Shown here piece after piece: positions 23,808 to 38,257 of a stretch of 64,000 nt of DNA. The stretch's first letter is position 1. Each line of letters starts with the position of its first letter. A model generated the notes under the pieces. That model was not told the DNA's origin and did no database searches. It was given only the letters and a program-made list of their open reading frames with translations. The stretch spans positions 16,678,001 to 16,742,000 of the forward strand of contig OZ024766.1 of assembly GCA_964016885.1 (NCBI GenBank), in the 5' to 3' direction. The stretch comes from Eledone cirrhosa (Eukaryota). The position numbers and the translations under genes were made by a program.

Positions 23808-26800
23808 GACATTGGAAGAAGAGACAAGAAGGGGCAGTCACTGGAGTAGCCAGTTAAATAAGACAGCCATGGACACCTGTATGACAACTGACATTGGAAG
23901 AAGAGACTAGAAGGAGCAGTCACTGCAGTAGCCAGTTAAATAAGACAGCCATGGACACCTGTATGACAACTGACATTGGAAGAAGGGACTAGAAGAGGAA
24001 ATCACTGGAGTAGCCAGTTAAATAAGACAGCCATGGACTCCTCTATGACAACTGACATTGGAAGAAGAGAGTAGAAGGAGCAGTCACTGCAGTAGCCAGT
24101 TAAATAAGACAGCCATGGACACCTGTATGACAACTGACATTGGAAGAAGGGACTAGAAGGAGCAGTCACTGGAGTAGCCAGTTAAATAAGACAGCCATGG
24201 ACACCTGTATGACAACTGATATTGGAAGAAGAGACTAGAAGGAGCAGTCACTGCAGTAGCCAGTTAAATAAGACAGCCATGGACTCCCGTATGACAACTG
24301 ACATTGGAAGAAGGGACTAGAAGGGGAAATCACTGGAGTAGCCAGTTAAATAAGACAGCCATGGACTCCTCTATGACAACTGACATTGGAAGAAGAGAGT
24401 AGAAGGAGCAGTCACTGCAGTAGCCAGTTAAATAAGACAGCCATGGACACCTGTATGACAACTGACATTGGAAGAAGAAGAGACTAGAAGGAGCAGTCAC
24501 TGGAGTAGCCAGTTAAATAAGACAGCCATGGACACCTGTATGACAACTGACATTGGAAGAAGAAGAGACTAGAAGGAGCAGTCACTGGAGTAGCCAGTTA
24601 AATAAGACAGCCATGGACACCTGTATGACAACTGACATTGGAAGAAGAAGAGACTAGAAGGAGCAGTCACTGGAGTAGCCAGTTAAATAAGACAACCATG
24701 GACACCTGTATGACAACTAACATTGGAAGAAGAAGAGACGAGAAGGAGCAGTCACTGGAGTAGCCAGTTAAATAAGACAGCCATGGACACCTGTATGACA
24801 ACTGACATTGGAAGAAGAAGAGACTAGAAGGAGCAGTCACTGGAGTAGCCAGTTAAATAAGTCAGCCTTGGACACCTGTATGACAACTGACATTGGAAGA
24901 AGAAGAGACTAGAAGGAGCAGTCACTGGAGTAGCCAGTTAAATAAGACAGCCATGGACACCTGTATGACAACTGACATTGGAAGAAGAAGAGACTAGAAG
25001 GAGCAGTCACTGGAGTAGCCAGTTAAATAAGACAGCCATGGACACCTGTATAACAACTGATATTGGAAGAAGGGACTAGAAGGAACAGTCACTGGAGTAG
25101 CCAGTTAAATAAGACAGCCATGGACACCTGTATGACAACTGACATTGGAAGAAGAGACTAGAAGGAGCAGTCACTGGAGTAGCCAGTTAAATAAGACAGC
25201 CATGGACACCTGTATGACAACTGACATTGGAAGAAGAAGAGACTAGAAGGAGCAGTCACTGGAGTAGCCAGTTAAATAAGACAGTCATGGACACCTGTAT
25301 AACAACTGACATTGGAAGAAGGGACTAGAAGGAACAGTCACTGGAGTAGCCAGTTAAATAAGACAACCATGGACTCCTGTATGACAACTGGCATTGGAAG
25401 AAGGGACTAGAAGGAGCAGTCACTGGAGTAGCCAGTTAAATAAGACAGCCATGGACTCCTGTATGACAACTGACATTGGAAGAAGGGACTAGAAGGAGCA
25501 GTCACTGGAGTAGCCAATTAAATAAGACAGCCATGGACTCCTGTATGACAACTGACATTGGAAGAAGGGACTAGAAGGAACAGTCACTGGAGTAGCCAGT
25601 TAAATAAGACAGCCATGGACTCCTGTATGACAACTGAGATTGGAAGAAGGGACTAGAAGGAGCAGTCACTGGAGTAGCCAGTTAAATAAGACAGCCATGG
25701 ACTCCTGTATGAAAACTGACATTGGAAGAAGGGAATAGAAGGAGCAGTCACTGGAGTGGCCAATTAAATAAGACAGCCATGGACTCCTGTATGACAACTG
25801 ACATTGGAAGGAGAGACTAGGAGCAGTCACTGGAGTGGCCAATTAAATAAGACAGCCATGGACACCTGTATGACAACTGACATTGGAAGAAGAGACTAGA
25901 AAGAGCAGTCACGGGAGTGGCCAGTTAAATAAGAGAGCCATGGACTCCTGTATGACAAGTGACATTGGAAGAAGGGACTAGAAGGAGCAGTCACTGTAGT
26001 AGCCAGTTAAATAAGACAGCCATGGACACCTGTATGACAACAAACATTGGAAGAAGGGACTAGAAGGAGCAGTCACTGGAGTAGCCAGTTAAATAAGACA
26101 ACCATGGACTCCTGTATGACAACTAACATTGGAAGAAGAGATTTGAAGGAGCAGTCACTGGAGTAGCCAGTTAAATAAGACAGCCATGGACTCCTGTATG
26201 ACAACTGATATTGGAAGAAGAGAGTAGAAGGAGCAGTCACTGGAGTAGCTAGTTAAATAAGACAGCCATGGACACCTGTATGACAACTGACATTGGAAGA
26301 AGAGACTAGAAGGAGCAGTCACTGGAGTAGCCAGTTAAATAAGACAGCCATGGACACCTGTATGACAAGTGACATTGGAAGAAGGGACTAGAAGGAGCAA
26401 TCACTGGAGCAGCCAGTTAAATAAGACAGCCATGGACTCCTGTATGTCAACTGACATTGGAAGAAGAGACTAGCAGGAGCAGTCACTGGAGTAGCCAGTT
26501 AAATAAGACAGCCATGGACACCTGTATGACAACTGACATTGGAAGAAGAGACTAGAAGGGGCAGTCACTGGAGTAACCAGTTAAATAAGACAACCATGGA
26601 CATCTGTATGTCAACTGACATTGGAAAAAGGGACTAGAAGGAGCAGTCACTGGAGTAGCCAGTTAAATAAGACAGCCATGGACTCCTGTATGTCAACTGA
26701 CATTGGAAGAAGAGACTAGAAGGAGCAGTCACTGGAGTAGCCAGTTAAATAAGACAACCATGGACACCTGTATGACAACTGACATTGGAAGAAGAGACTA

Positions 26801-27414
26801 GAAAGAGCAATCACTGGAGTAGCTAGTTAAATAAGACAGCCATGGACACCTGTATGACAACTGACATTGGAAGAGACTAGGAGTAGTCACTGGAGTAGCT
26901 AGTTATATAAGACAGCCATGGACTCCTGTATGACAAATGACATTGGAAGAAGGGATTAGAAGGAGCAGTCACTAGAGTAGCCAGTTAAATAAGACAGCCA
27001 TGGACTCCTGTATGACAACTGACATTGGTAGAAGAGACTAAAAGGAGCAGTCACTGGAGTAGCCAGTTAAATAAGACAGCCATAGACACCTGTATGGCAA
27101 CTGACATTGGAAGAAGGCACTAGAAGGGGCAGTCACTGGAGTAGCCAGTTAAATAAGACAGCCATGGACACCTGTATGACAACTGACATTGGAAGAAGAG
27201 ATTAGAAGGAGCAGTCACTGGAGTAACCAGTTAAATAAGACAGCCATGGACACCTGTATGGCAATTGATATTGGAAGAAGAGACTAGAAGGGGCAGTCAC
27301 TGGAGTGGCCAGTTAAATAAGACAGCCATGGACACCTGTATGACAACTGACATTGGAAGAAGAGACTAGAAGGAGCAGTCACTGGAGTAGTCAGTTTAAT
27401 AAGACAGCCATGGA
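23808..27414 (+). repeat. Satellite B, ~44 units
   Basis: Same 82-bp unit; includes 85-bp variants. Confidence 0.95.
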
Positions 27415-29335
27415 TATATATATATATCAACTAGAAATTGATTGACATATAAATAAACATATGAAACAATCACAGGGGATAATTTGTAAATGTGTGTAAG
27501 CACACATAGCTAGGTAGGTAACTAAATAAAGTTTAACTAGAACTTCAAAAATAGATACCTTAGAAAACGATTAATCTTCCTTGTCTATATTCCATTAAAG
27601 AAGTATATTTCACCAATTAATCGATTGGTAAACGACAGTAGCCAGATCTTGGATTCTCAACAAGGAAGAAGTCCAACCATCTGTGTTTACGCATCAAGTT
27701 CAAATCAGCGACTGACCAGTAACACGTGCTGTATCTACTAAATATACACACATCATACCAGCTTCGTCCCAGTGGCGTGAATAGGGTTATTGACTACTAG
27801 AAACAGCAGTCAGGTCCTTTCAACAGGAGTTAGCTCTACAATTAAGAGGCCGTATTTATATATATATTTCCAAAATTAAGATAAATTAAAATAAAATTAA
27901 TCTAAATCAAATTATGGGTGTAATGCCAGAAAGACATGCACCATATCACCCGTAAAATAAGCTCCATGGAGCTTATTTTACGGGTGATATGTCACATGTC
28001 TTTATATATATATATAAATACAGAGAAAGAGAAGAGTAGACAAACAGACAATGACAAAGAAGAGGAATTAACCACCCCAGTATTTCACTGGTATTTCATT
28101 TATTGACCTCAGAATATCGAAGCAACTTTACCTCAGTGGGATTTGTACTCTGAGAACTAGAACAGACACTGAAAATATATCAAGATGTGCACACATGTAT
28201 ATAAGAACACATATAAACATACACATACATATATACACACACACATATACACAAATACAGATAATCATTTTCATGGACAGAAACTTCTACACACTGACAT
28301 ATACACTCATACATATATATATATATATATATATAGGAAAATGTTTAACCCCGATGGCAGAGCTCAAGCCATTTCGACGGTTATTTCTGGACTGTTTCCA
28401 GAAATAGCCGTCGAAACAGATTGAGCTCTGCCGTCGGGGTTAAACATTTTCCTATTACCCGCTCTACTACCCTAAGTATCGAGTACTCTGGTGCGTATAT
28501 GGTCCATCTGGTTCTTTACCACACTTCCTTTGTCATATATATATAAAATTATAAGAAACGAAAGGAGCTGTGTGGTTACTGTAAACAAAGTTTGAGATGG
28601 AAATATGGATGAAAGGAGAGAAGAAACCCTTCATCAGCTGTAAACCGAGATCATAGATGTTTTGGCACATATATATATATACAGTGTTTGTAAATTCTGT
28701 ACCATACAGATTTGTCAGCATAAGTCTTGGTCACAACTTCTACTAATAAAATGAAAGGAGAATAATTTCAGAACAAACAAGTTTTATTGAAAACATTAAC
28801 AACATATGGTGGCACTATTTTGGGTGAGTGACATGGTTTTTATCTTGTCTGATTGTGTTTGTGTAGCATTAAGTAACCTTATGTTGGTACCACAACATTT
28901 AGAAAATGATTTACCACAGACATCACAGTGATATAGTTCCTCTCCTGTATATGTTAGTGTGTAGTGAAGCCACAATATTTAGAGAATGATTTACTGCAGA
29001 TATTACTGTGATATGGTTCCTTTTCTGTAAATGTTAGTGCTGAGTGAAGTGACTTATTTCAGAGAATGATTTACTGCAGATATCACAGTGATATGGTTTC
29101 TCTCCTGTATGTATATGTTTGTGTCTAGTTAAGCTAGCTTTTATAGATAACAATTTCCCACAGATATCACAGTGATATGGCTTTTCTTCAGTAGATATTT
29201 ATGTTTGTATGTAGTTAATGTAGCAATACAAGAGAATAATTTCTCCACAATATCACGGTGGTATAGCTTCTCACTCATATGAATGTATTTGTGTCAAATT
29301 AATTTACAATTTTGAGACAATGAGATATGACTTTG

Positions 29336-30688
29336 TTATGGTTTCTTACCTGTATGGGTATATTTGTGTTTAGTTAAACTACTTAATTGAGAGAATGATT
29401 TACCACAAATATCACAGTGATATGGCTTCTCACCTGTATGGGTACGTATGTGGCTAGTTAAGCTACCACTTTCAGAGAATGATTTACCACAGGTATCACA
29501 GTGATATGGCTTCTCTCCTGTATGTATATGTTTGTGCCTAGTTAAGGCAGGACTTTGAGAGAATGTTTTACCACAGATATCACAGTGATATGGCTTCTCT
29601 CCTGTATGGGTACGTTTGTGGCTAGTTAAGCTACCACTATCAGAGAATGATATACCACAGATATCACAGTGATATGGCTTGTCTCCAGTATGTGTACGCT
29701 TGTGTCTAGTTAAGGTACCACTTTCAGAGAATGATTTACCACAGATATCACAGTGATATGGCTTGTCTACTGTATGTACACGTTTGTGTCTAGTTAATTT
29801 ACTATTAACAAAGAATGATTTACCACAGTGATATGGCTTCTCTACTGTATGTATGCATTTGTGTCTAGTTAAGTGACCACTTTGAGAGAATGATTTACCA
29901 CAGATATCACAGTGATATGGCTTGTCACCTGTATGGGTACGTTCGTGTCTAGTTAATATAATACTTAGAGAGAATGATTTACCACAGATATCACAGGGAT
30001 ATGGTTTGTCACCTGTATGTGTACGTTTGTGTCTAGTTAAGGTACCACTTTCAGAAAATGATTTACCACAGATATCACAGTGATATGGCTTGTGTACTGT
30101 ATGTATACGTTTGTGTCTAGTTAATTTACTATTAACAAAGAATGATTTACCACAGATATCACAGTGATATGGCTTGTCTCCTGTATGGGTACGTATGTGA
30201 CAAGTTAATATACTACTTAGAGAGAATGATTTACCACAGACATCACAGTGATATGGTTTGTCACCTGTATGTATACGCATGTGGCTAGTTAAATTACTAC
30301 TTTGAGAGAATGATTTACCACAGATATCACATTGGTATGGCTTCTCTCCTGTATGTGTACGTTTGTGGCTTGTTAAATTACCATTAACAAAGAATGATTT
30401 ACCACAGATATCACAGTGATATGGCTTCTCTACTGTATGTATACGTTTGTGTCTAGTTAAGGTACCACTTTCAGAGAATGATTTACCACAGATATCACAG
30501 TTATATGGCTTCTCTCCTGAATGGGTACGTTTGTGACTAGTTAATTTACTCCTAACAGAGAATGATTTACCACAGACATCACAGTGATATGGCTTCTCTC
30601 CTCTATCCTTTGACATCTCTTCTGTAATAGCCATATCTTTAGACATTGTTTCACATTTAATCTTCTTTTCACTCAATATATTTTCCAT
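29336..30688 (-). CDS. C2H2 zinc-finger protein ZNF-3 (15 fingers, 10th lacks a Cys)
   Basis: 450-aa ORF; finger 10 reads YHCGKSFF (3-aa deletion). Confidence 0.93.
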   Translation of the reverse strand: MENILSEKKIKCETMSKDMAITEEMSKDRGEKPYHCDVCGKSFSVRSKLTSHKRTHSGEKPYNCDICGKSFSESGTLTRHKRIHTVEKPYHCDICGKSFFVNGNLTSHKRTHTGEKPYQCDICGKSFSQSSNLTSHMRIHTGDKPYHCDVCGKSFSLSSILTCHIRTHTGDKPYHCDICGKSFFVNSKLTRHKRIHTVHKPYHCDICGKSFSESGTLTRHKRTHTGDKPYPCDICGKSFSLSIILTRHERTHTGDKPYHCDICGKSFSQSGHLTRHKCIHTVEKPYHCGKSFFVNSKLTRHKRVHTVDKPYHCDICGKSFSESGTLTRHKRTHTGDKPYHCDICGISFSDSGSLTSHKRTHTGEKPYHCDICGKTFSQSPALTRHKHIHTGEKPYHCDTCGKSFSESGSLTSHIRTHTGEKPYHCDICGKSFSQLSSLTKHKYTHTGKKP

Positions 30689-32414
30689 AATAATTCTTCT
30701 TCCCTTGGCAGAATTTACAGATGTTATTCTTTAATATTTTTCATATCATATTCCTAAAAAATATTTCTTCTGTTATATTTCCCTCAATTATGATCTCAGT
30801 TAATACCTGAAGATGATGCAAACTTCTTTGTCATTGAAGTTGAGTTAAAATACAAAATATACCTCTCATATATATACCACACAGTGAAGAAAAGGAAATT
30901 TTGTCTTTAAACTCAGTTCTGAGGAAATATATCACAGTAATTCTGATAGATTTATATAAACAGTGTTATATAAGTTCTGTTTAACAAGTTTTAATCTTCA
31001 AATGATGATAAATAGAGGTGGTGTATCCAAGATTGAAAATAATAATTTATCCTAATGTCATCTGATATTCTAAAATGAAAAAGAAACAGTATGAGATAAT
31101 AGAGAATACTTAAGAAGCAGAGATAGATTTAACAGTGGAAATTTTACATCTATAAACCCTGGAAACTTTTTATTGAAAATTCAAATTATTTTAGTTTTTA
31201 ATTAGTTACAAGAAATCTTTCTCCACACCTGCAACCATGAGTGCATCTGGGGTTCTTTTCTCTTCAGAGAGATGGATCCTCATGAGGTGGAGAGAATACT
31301 TTGCTGATCTCCCAAACCCGATCACAACAGCATCTTCGGATGTACATGAGGTGAATCTGATAGCGGTGACTAATCTCTCGGAGGCTGGGGTCACAAGAGC
31401 AATTAAAGAGCTCAAATGTGACCGACTCATGTGTGTCAGATGGCCTGGGTCTCTGAAATGGCACTCAAACAAAGGCAATCGGGAGTGATAATCCCAATTT
31501 ATAAAAAGGGACACACGAGAGATTGTTCCAAATAGAGAGGGATCACATTGTTAAGCCTCCCTGGTAAAGTATATGCTAAGTTTCTGGCAAAGTGATGTAG
31601 CGAGTCCGAGCTAGCTGATGGACAGTGCTGTTTTCTCCCTGGGTGCAACATAACCCACCAAATATTCACACTGTGGCAGGTCTTTGAGAAATCGTGGGAG
31701 TATTGCTAAGAGGTATATATTATCGTTTTATAGACCTTGAAAATGCATATGATCGCATTCTTCAGGACCTGCTGTGCATACAGGAGTTCCCATGGGCAGC
31801 CAGTCTTAAACATCTCTGTTATAGGCTGCAGGACGATAATAACTACGTGAGGGCTAAGAACAGAGCCCTGGTGGACACCAGACTACACTCCAAATTCTTC
31901 ACTATAATTGTTTCTATTTTAAACACAAGGCCAGCAATTACCCAGTACATTACTGGTACTTTAATTTATCGACCCTGTATGGATGTAAAGCAAAGTTAAC
32001 CTCAGCTGGATTTGAACTCAGATCATAAAGGGACGTAACTCTGTGCCTCAAAGCATGGTGTCCGACTCTCTACCGATACTGCCACTTCACTATAATGAAT
32101 GTAAATCCTGACATTGCTGACTGCTCTTCTATACGTGGCTTTATGATCCTCTATACAAGACATGTATCAGACGGTTATTCAGCTAGCTCTTTAGAGTATT
32201 AGAACCTTATTATGTACAGCCACCGAGATCCCACACCAACAGATGTCCCTTCACCATCAAAGCAGTTCCCTGAAATACAGATACTCAACCCCTACTTGGC
32301 TGGCTAAATCAGACATAATTATAATGAAATGAAACCCACAATAAACTAATGTTCAACCATAAGTAGATGAAGATAATTAAATTGTAAGAGATTTAGACTA
32401 AAATAGACAAAATA

Positions 32415-32752
32415 TTAATTTACTTAAAGCAATAACAAGGTACAGCTAAATATAAAATATATTTTATAATGTACGGTAGTGAACCACATAATTAAATAGA
32501 CGGAGGTAATTTAAATAATAAATATATCTTTAACTTACTTAAAGCAATGACAAGGTACAGCTAAATATAAACTGTATTTTATAATGTAAGGTAGTGAACA
32601 AGATAATTAAATAGACGGAGGTAATTTAAATAATAAAGATATCTTTAGCTTACTTAAAACAATAACAAGGTACAGTTAAATATAAACTATATTTTATAAT
32701 GTAAGGTAGTGAACAAGATAATTAAATAGACGGAGGTAATTTAAATAATAAA
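32415..32752. repeat. Satellite A, ~3 units
   Basis: Same 115-bp unit. Confidence 0.9.
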
Positions 32753-34094
32753 GACAGTCATGATAACAATATATTTTATATCACATGTAACAGTGGAATC
32801 TAGTTAATTACTGAATTGTTGTAAGGTTCACATAATTATATTATTTACACACATTAATATAGACATTAAGTAAATCTTTGTCAACTTACCTCCTTCACAT
32901 ATAATCAATGTATTGTGTTGTTAGTTGTTACTAAACAACCAAAGAAATAATCTCTTTGTTATCAAATTAGAAGTTTCAATGTTATCAGCTTTATTTCACG
33001 ACATTAACGTTGGTGTATCTTCTTCATCTTTAGTCATAAATTGATATCTTGTCAGAATGAAGTAGTGAGGCTGACTTTATGTCTTTAGCTACAGATTTGT
33101 TGGAAATATATATATATTAGGTTGATATGTGGTCTAAAATATATATATTGTCTATAAATGACTGAGAGCAGATGTTCTGGTGAAATAGTAGTTTTACTAC
33201 TACAGATTGTAATGGAACTCTTAGTAGACACAATTGTAAAGTAAGAATAGATATGACAGTGTAAGACTGATGTCGGGGAATTAAAATTGTGTGTGTGTAT
33301 ATATATATAATTGTTACACAAGATATAATTAGATTAATTAAAGTTATCACGAAGACAGCAGGTACTCGGTGTCTTAGCGAATGTTTCGACTCTCGTACGG
33401 TGTCAGACGTGACAAGTCCCTGACATAATTTAGTACCTTCACACACGTTTCCAGTCGTATTTAATTCTATAGTGATGTGATTTATTAAAAAGAAATGTGA
33501 TAATTGTTTCTACTTTTGGCACAAGGCCAGCAATTACCCTAGTGTATTACTGGTACTATATTTTATCGACCCTGTAATAATTGTTTCTACATTAGGCACA
33601 AGGCCAGTAAATACCCCAGTACATTACTGGTACTTTATTTTACCGACCCCGTAGGGATGAAAGGCAAAGCTAACCTCTGAGGGATTAACTTTGCTTTTCA
33701 TCCTTATCTCTATACATATAGAAAATGGACAGAGTGTGTACTTCACTGAAACCACTGCTCATCAGTTGACACCAGCACCACCTGACACTACTCTAACTGC
33801 TTTTTTGAAACACTGCCTGAATAAAGAATTTGTTCGATCCCTCCTATATGCTGACATCCCAAAATACTACACCTGGACCAATTGTAAGACTTGGAATCAA
33901 AGGAAGCAGGGTCATTTAGTGGAAGGGGATGAAGTCAAGGCAAGTGATGCTATTGGGCATGTTTACAATGACCACCCCAACAACAGAGAGAGTTTTTATT
34001 TACAGTCACTTCTGCATATTGTTCAAGGACCAACGTCATTTGAGGATCTCAGGTGATTTGGTGGAAGAGTGCAGCACATACCAAGAAGCATACT

Positions 34095-35404
34095 ATGGAC
34101 ACCTGTATGACAACTGACATTGGAAGAAGAGACAAGAAGGAGCAGTCACTGGAGTAGCCAGTTAAATAAGACAGCCATGGACACCTGTATGACAACTGAC
34201 ATTGGAAGAAGAGACTAGAAGGAGCAGTCACTGGAGTAGCCAGTTAAATAAGACAGCCATGGACACCTGTATGACAACTGACATTGGAAGAAGAGACTAC
34301 AAGGAGCAGTCACGGGAGTAGCCAGTTAAATAAGATAGCCATGGACTCCTGTATGACAACTGACATTGGAAGAATGGACTAGAAGGAGCAGTCACTGGAA
34401 TAGCCAGTTAAATAAGACAGCCATGGACACCTGTATGACAACTGACATTGGAAGAAGAGACGAGAAGGAGCAGTCACTGGAGTAGCCAGTTAAATAAGAC
34501 AGCCATGGACTCCTGTATGACAACTGACATTGGAAAGAGAGACTAGAAGGAGCAGTCACTGGAGTGGACAGTTAAATAAGACAGCCATGGACACCTGTAT
34601 GACAACTGACATTGGAAGAAGGGACTAGAAGGAGCAGTCACTGGAGTAGCCAGTTAAATAAGACAGCCATGGACACCTGTATGACAACTGACATTGGAAG
34701 AAGGGACTAGAAGGAGCAGACACTGGAGTAGCCAGTTAAATAAGACAGCCATGGACACCTGTATGACAACTGACATTGGAAGAAGGGACTAGAAGGAGCA
34801 GTCACTGGAGTAGCCAGTTAAATAAGACAGCCATGGACTCCTGTATGACAACTGACATTGGAAGAAGAGACTAGAAGGAGCAGTCACTGGAGTAGCCAGT
34901 TAAGTAAGACATCCATGGACTCCTGTATGACAACTGACATTGGAAGAAGGGACTAGAAGGAGCAGTCACTGGAGTGGCCAGTTAAATAAGACAGCCATGG
35001 ACACCTGTATGACAACTGACATTGGAAGAAGAGACTAGAAGGAGCAGTCACTGGCGTAGCCAGTTAAATAAGACAGCCATGGACTCCTGTATGACAACTA
35101 ACATTGGAAGAAGAGACTAGAAGGAGCAGTCACTGGAGTGGCCAGTTAAATAAGACAGCCATGGGCACCTGTATGACAACTAACATTGGAAGAAGAGACT
35201 AGAAGGAGCAGTCACTGGAGTAGCCAGTTAAATAAGACAGCCATGGACTCCTGTATGACAACTAACATTGGAAGAAGAGACTAGAAGGAGCAGTCACTGG
35301 AGTGGCCAGTTAAATAAGACAGCCATGGGCACCTGTATGACAACTAACATTGGAAGAAGGGACTAGAAGGAGCAGTCACTGGAGTAGCCAGTTAAATAAG
35401 ACAG
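34095..35404 (+). repeat. Satellite B, ~16 units
   Basis: Same 82-bp unit. Confidence 0.95.
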
Positions 35405-36118
35405 TTGTTTGCTACTATACTCACAGCATCTGGAATAAATCTCATCTACCCTGGCAGGAGTACAAAAACAATATGTCAGACGACTATCTACACCTAGCCC
35501 AAAGATGTTATAGCAATATTTATGTGGAATCTACCTCCAGGATTTACAATCAATCTCTGTGCAACCTGTCCCATTGAATTCCAGCAATGAATAGCAATGC
35601 GGGATGCCAGAGCCAGAAGAAATTGAGGTAATACAATCAGTTTTTCAGGAGACAAACCATGATATTGAAGTGTTGCGTAAGTTTGTTGATGAAAATAAAC
35701 CTTGACTGGTGGATGACCAGAAATATGCCGACCACAACATCATGAAAAACATTCAACATGACAGTACCCAGTACTCACTGTAAGTGAGGTTGGCGTTAAG
35801 ACGGGCATCCATCTGTAGAAATCAAGCCAGAATCAGTTCCCGTCCCACCCTTGCAAGCAGGGAGAAAGCGGACGTGAAATGAAATGATGATGAATGATGA
35901 TGTCCCTCCCATATTTTCAATAATGTCACTTTGACGAACCAAAAGATAAATAACAGAAAAACAGACCCTAAAATATATTTTCCGTGCTATTTCCAACTTC
36001 ACCTTTTCTCTATATATAGAGAGAGCGCGAGGAGAATTTGTCATGTCTTCATTACATAGGTGCTATTTTAAATAAACATCTTTTAACGGTCTGTTCTGCT
36101 ATATTTTACTTTTCCACG

Positions 36119-36156
<38 letters not shown>

Positions 36157-37985
36157 AACTAGAAATTGATTGACATATAAATAAACATATGAAACAATCA
36201 CAGGGGATAATTTGTAAAAGTGTGTAAGCACACATAGCTAGGTAGGTAACTAAATAAATTTAACTAGAACTTCAAAAATAGATACCTTAGAAAATGATTA
36301 ATCTTCCTTGTATATATTCCATTAAAGAAATATATTTCACCAATTAATCGATTGGTAAACGACAGTAGCCAGATCTTGGATTCTCAACCAGGAAGAAGTC
36401 CAACCATCTGTGTTTACGCATCAAGTTCAAATCAGCGACTGACCAGTAACACGTGCTGTATCTACTAAAAATACACACATCATACCAGCTTCGTCCCAGT
36501 TGCGTGAATAGGGTTATTGACAACTGGAAACAGCAGTCAGGTCCTTTCAACAGAGTTAGCTCTACAATTAAGAGGCCCTATTTATATATATATATATCCA
36601 AAATTAAGATAAATTAAAATGAAATTAATCTGAATCGTATCATGGGTGTCATGCCAATAAGACAGGCGCCATATCGCTCATAAAATAAGCTCCATGGACC
36701 TTATTTTACGAGTGATATGGCACATGTCTTTCTGTCATGACACCCATAATTTGATATAGATTAATTTTATTTATCTTAATTTTGGATATATATATATATA
36801 TACAGAGAAAGAGAAGAGTAGACAAACAGACAATGACAAAGAAGAGGAATTAACCCCACACCCCCAGTATTTCATTTATTGACCTCAAAATAACGAAGCA
36901 ACTTTACCTCAGTGGGATTTGTACTCTGAGAACTAGAACAGACACTGAAAATACATCAAGATGTGCACACATGTATATAAGAACACATAAACATACACAT
37001 ACATATACACACACATATATACACAAATAAAGATAGTCATTTTCATGGACAGAAATTTCTACACACTGACATATACACTCATACATATGTATATATATAT
37101 ATAGTAAAATGTTTAACCCCGACGGCAGAGCTCAAGCCATTTCGACGGTTATTTCTGGACTGTTTCCAGAAATAGCAGTCGAAACAGATTGAGCTCTGCC
37201 GTCGGGGTTAAACATTTTCCTATTACCCGCTCTACTACCCTAAGTATTGAGTACTCTGGTGCGTATATGGTCCATCTGGTTCTTTACCACACCTCCTTTG
37301 TTATATATATATATAAAATCATAAGAAACGAAAGGAGTTGTGTGGTTACTGTAAACAAAGTTTAAGATGGTAATATGGATGAAAGGAGAGAAGAAACCGT
37401 TCATCAGCTGTAAACCGAGATCATAGATGTTTTGGCACATATATATATATAGTGTTTGTAAATTCTGTACCATACAGATTTGTCAGCATAAGTCTTGGTT
37501 ACAACTTCTACAAATAAAATGAAAGGAGAATAATTTCAGAACAAACAAGTTTTATTCAAAACATTAACAACATTGGTGGCACTATTTTGGGTGAGTGATA
37601 TGGTTTTTATCTTGTCTGATTGTGTTTGTGTTCCATTAAGTAACCTTATGTTGGTACCACAACATTTAGAAAATGATTTACCACAGACAACACAGTGATA
37701 TGGTTCCTCTCCTGTATATGTTAGTGTCTAGTAAAGTCACAACATTTAGAGAAGGATTTATCACAGACATCACAGTGATATGGTTCCTCTCCTGTATATG
37801 TTAGTGTCTAGTGAAGCCACATTTAGAGAAGGATTTAATGCAGATATCACAGTGATATGGTTCCTCTCCTGTATATGTTAGTGTGTAGGGAAGCCACAAC
37901 ATTTAGAGAATGATTTACTGCAGATATCACAACGATATGGTTCCTTTTCTTTAAATGTTAGTGCTGAGTGAAGTGACTTATTTCA

Positions 37986-38120
<135 letters not shown>

Positions 38121-38257
38121 TTATGTTTGTATGTAGTTAATGTAGCAATACAAGAGAATAATTTCTCCGCAATATCACAGTTGTATGACTTCTCACTCAT
38201 ATGAATGTATTTGTGTCTAATTAATTTACAATTTTGAGACAATGAGATATGACTTTG

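Noticed and set aside
36344-36550. 68-aa ORF identical at 60291-60497
   Set aside because: Interrupted in other units and has no recognisable motif; identity is explained by recent duplication
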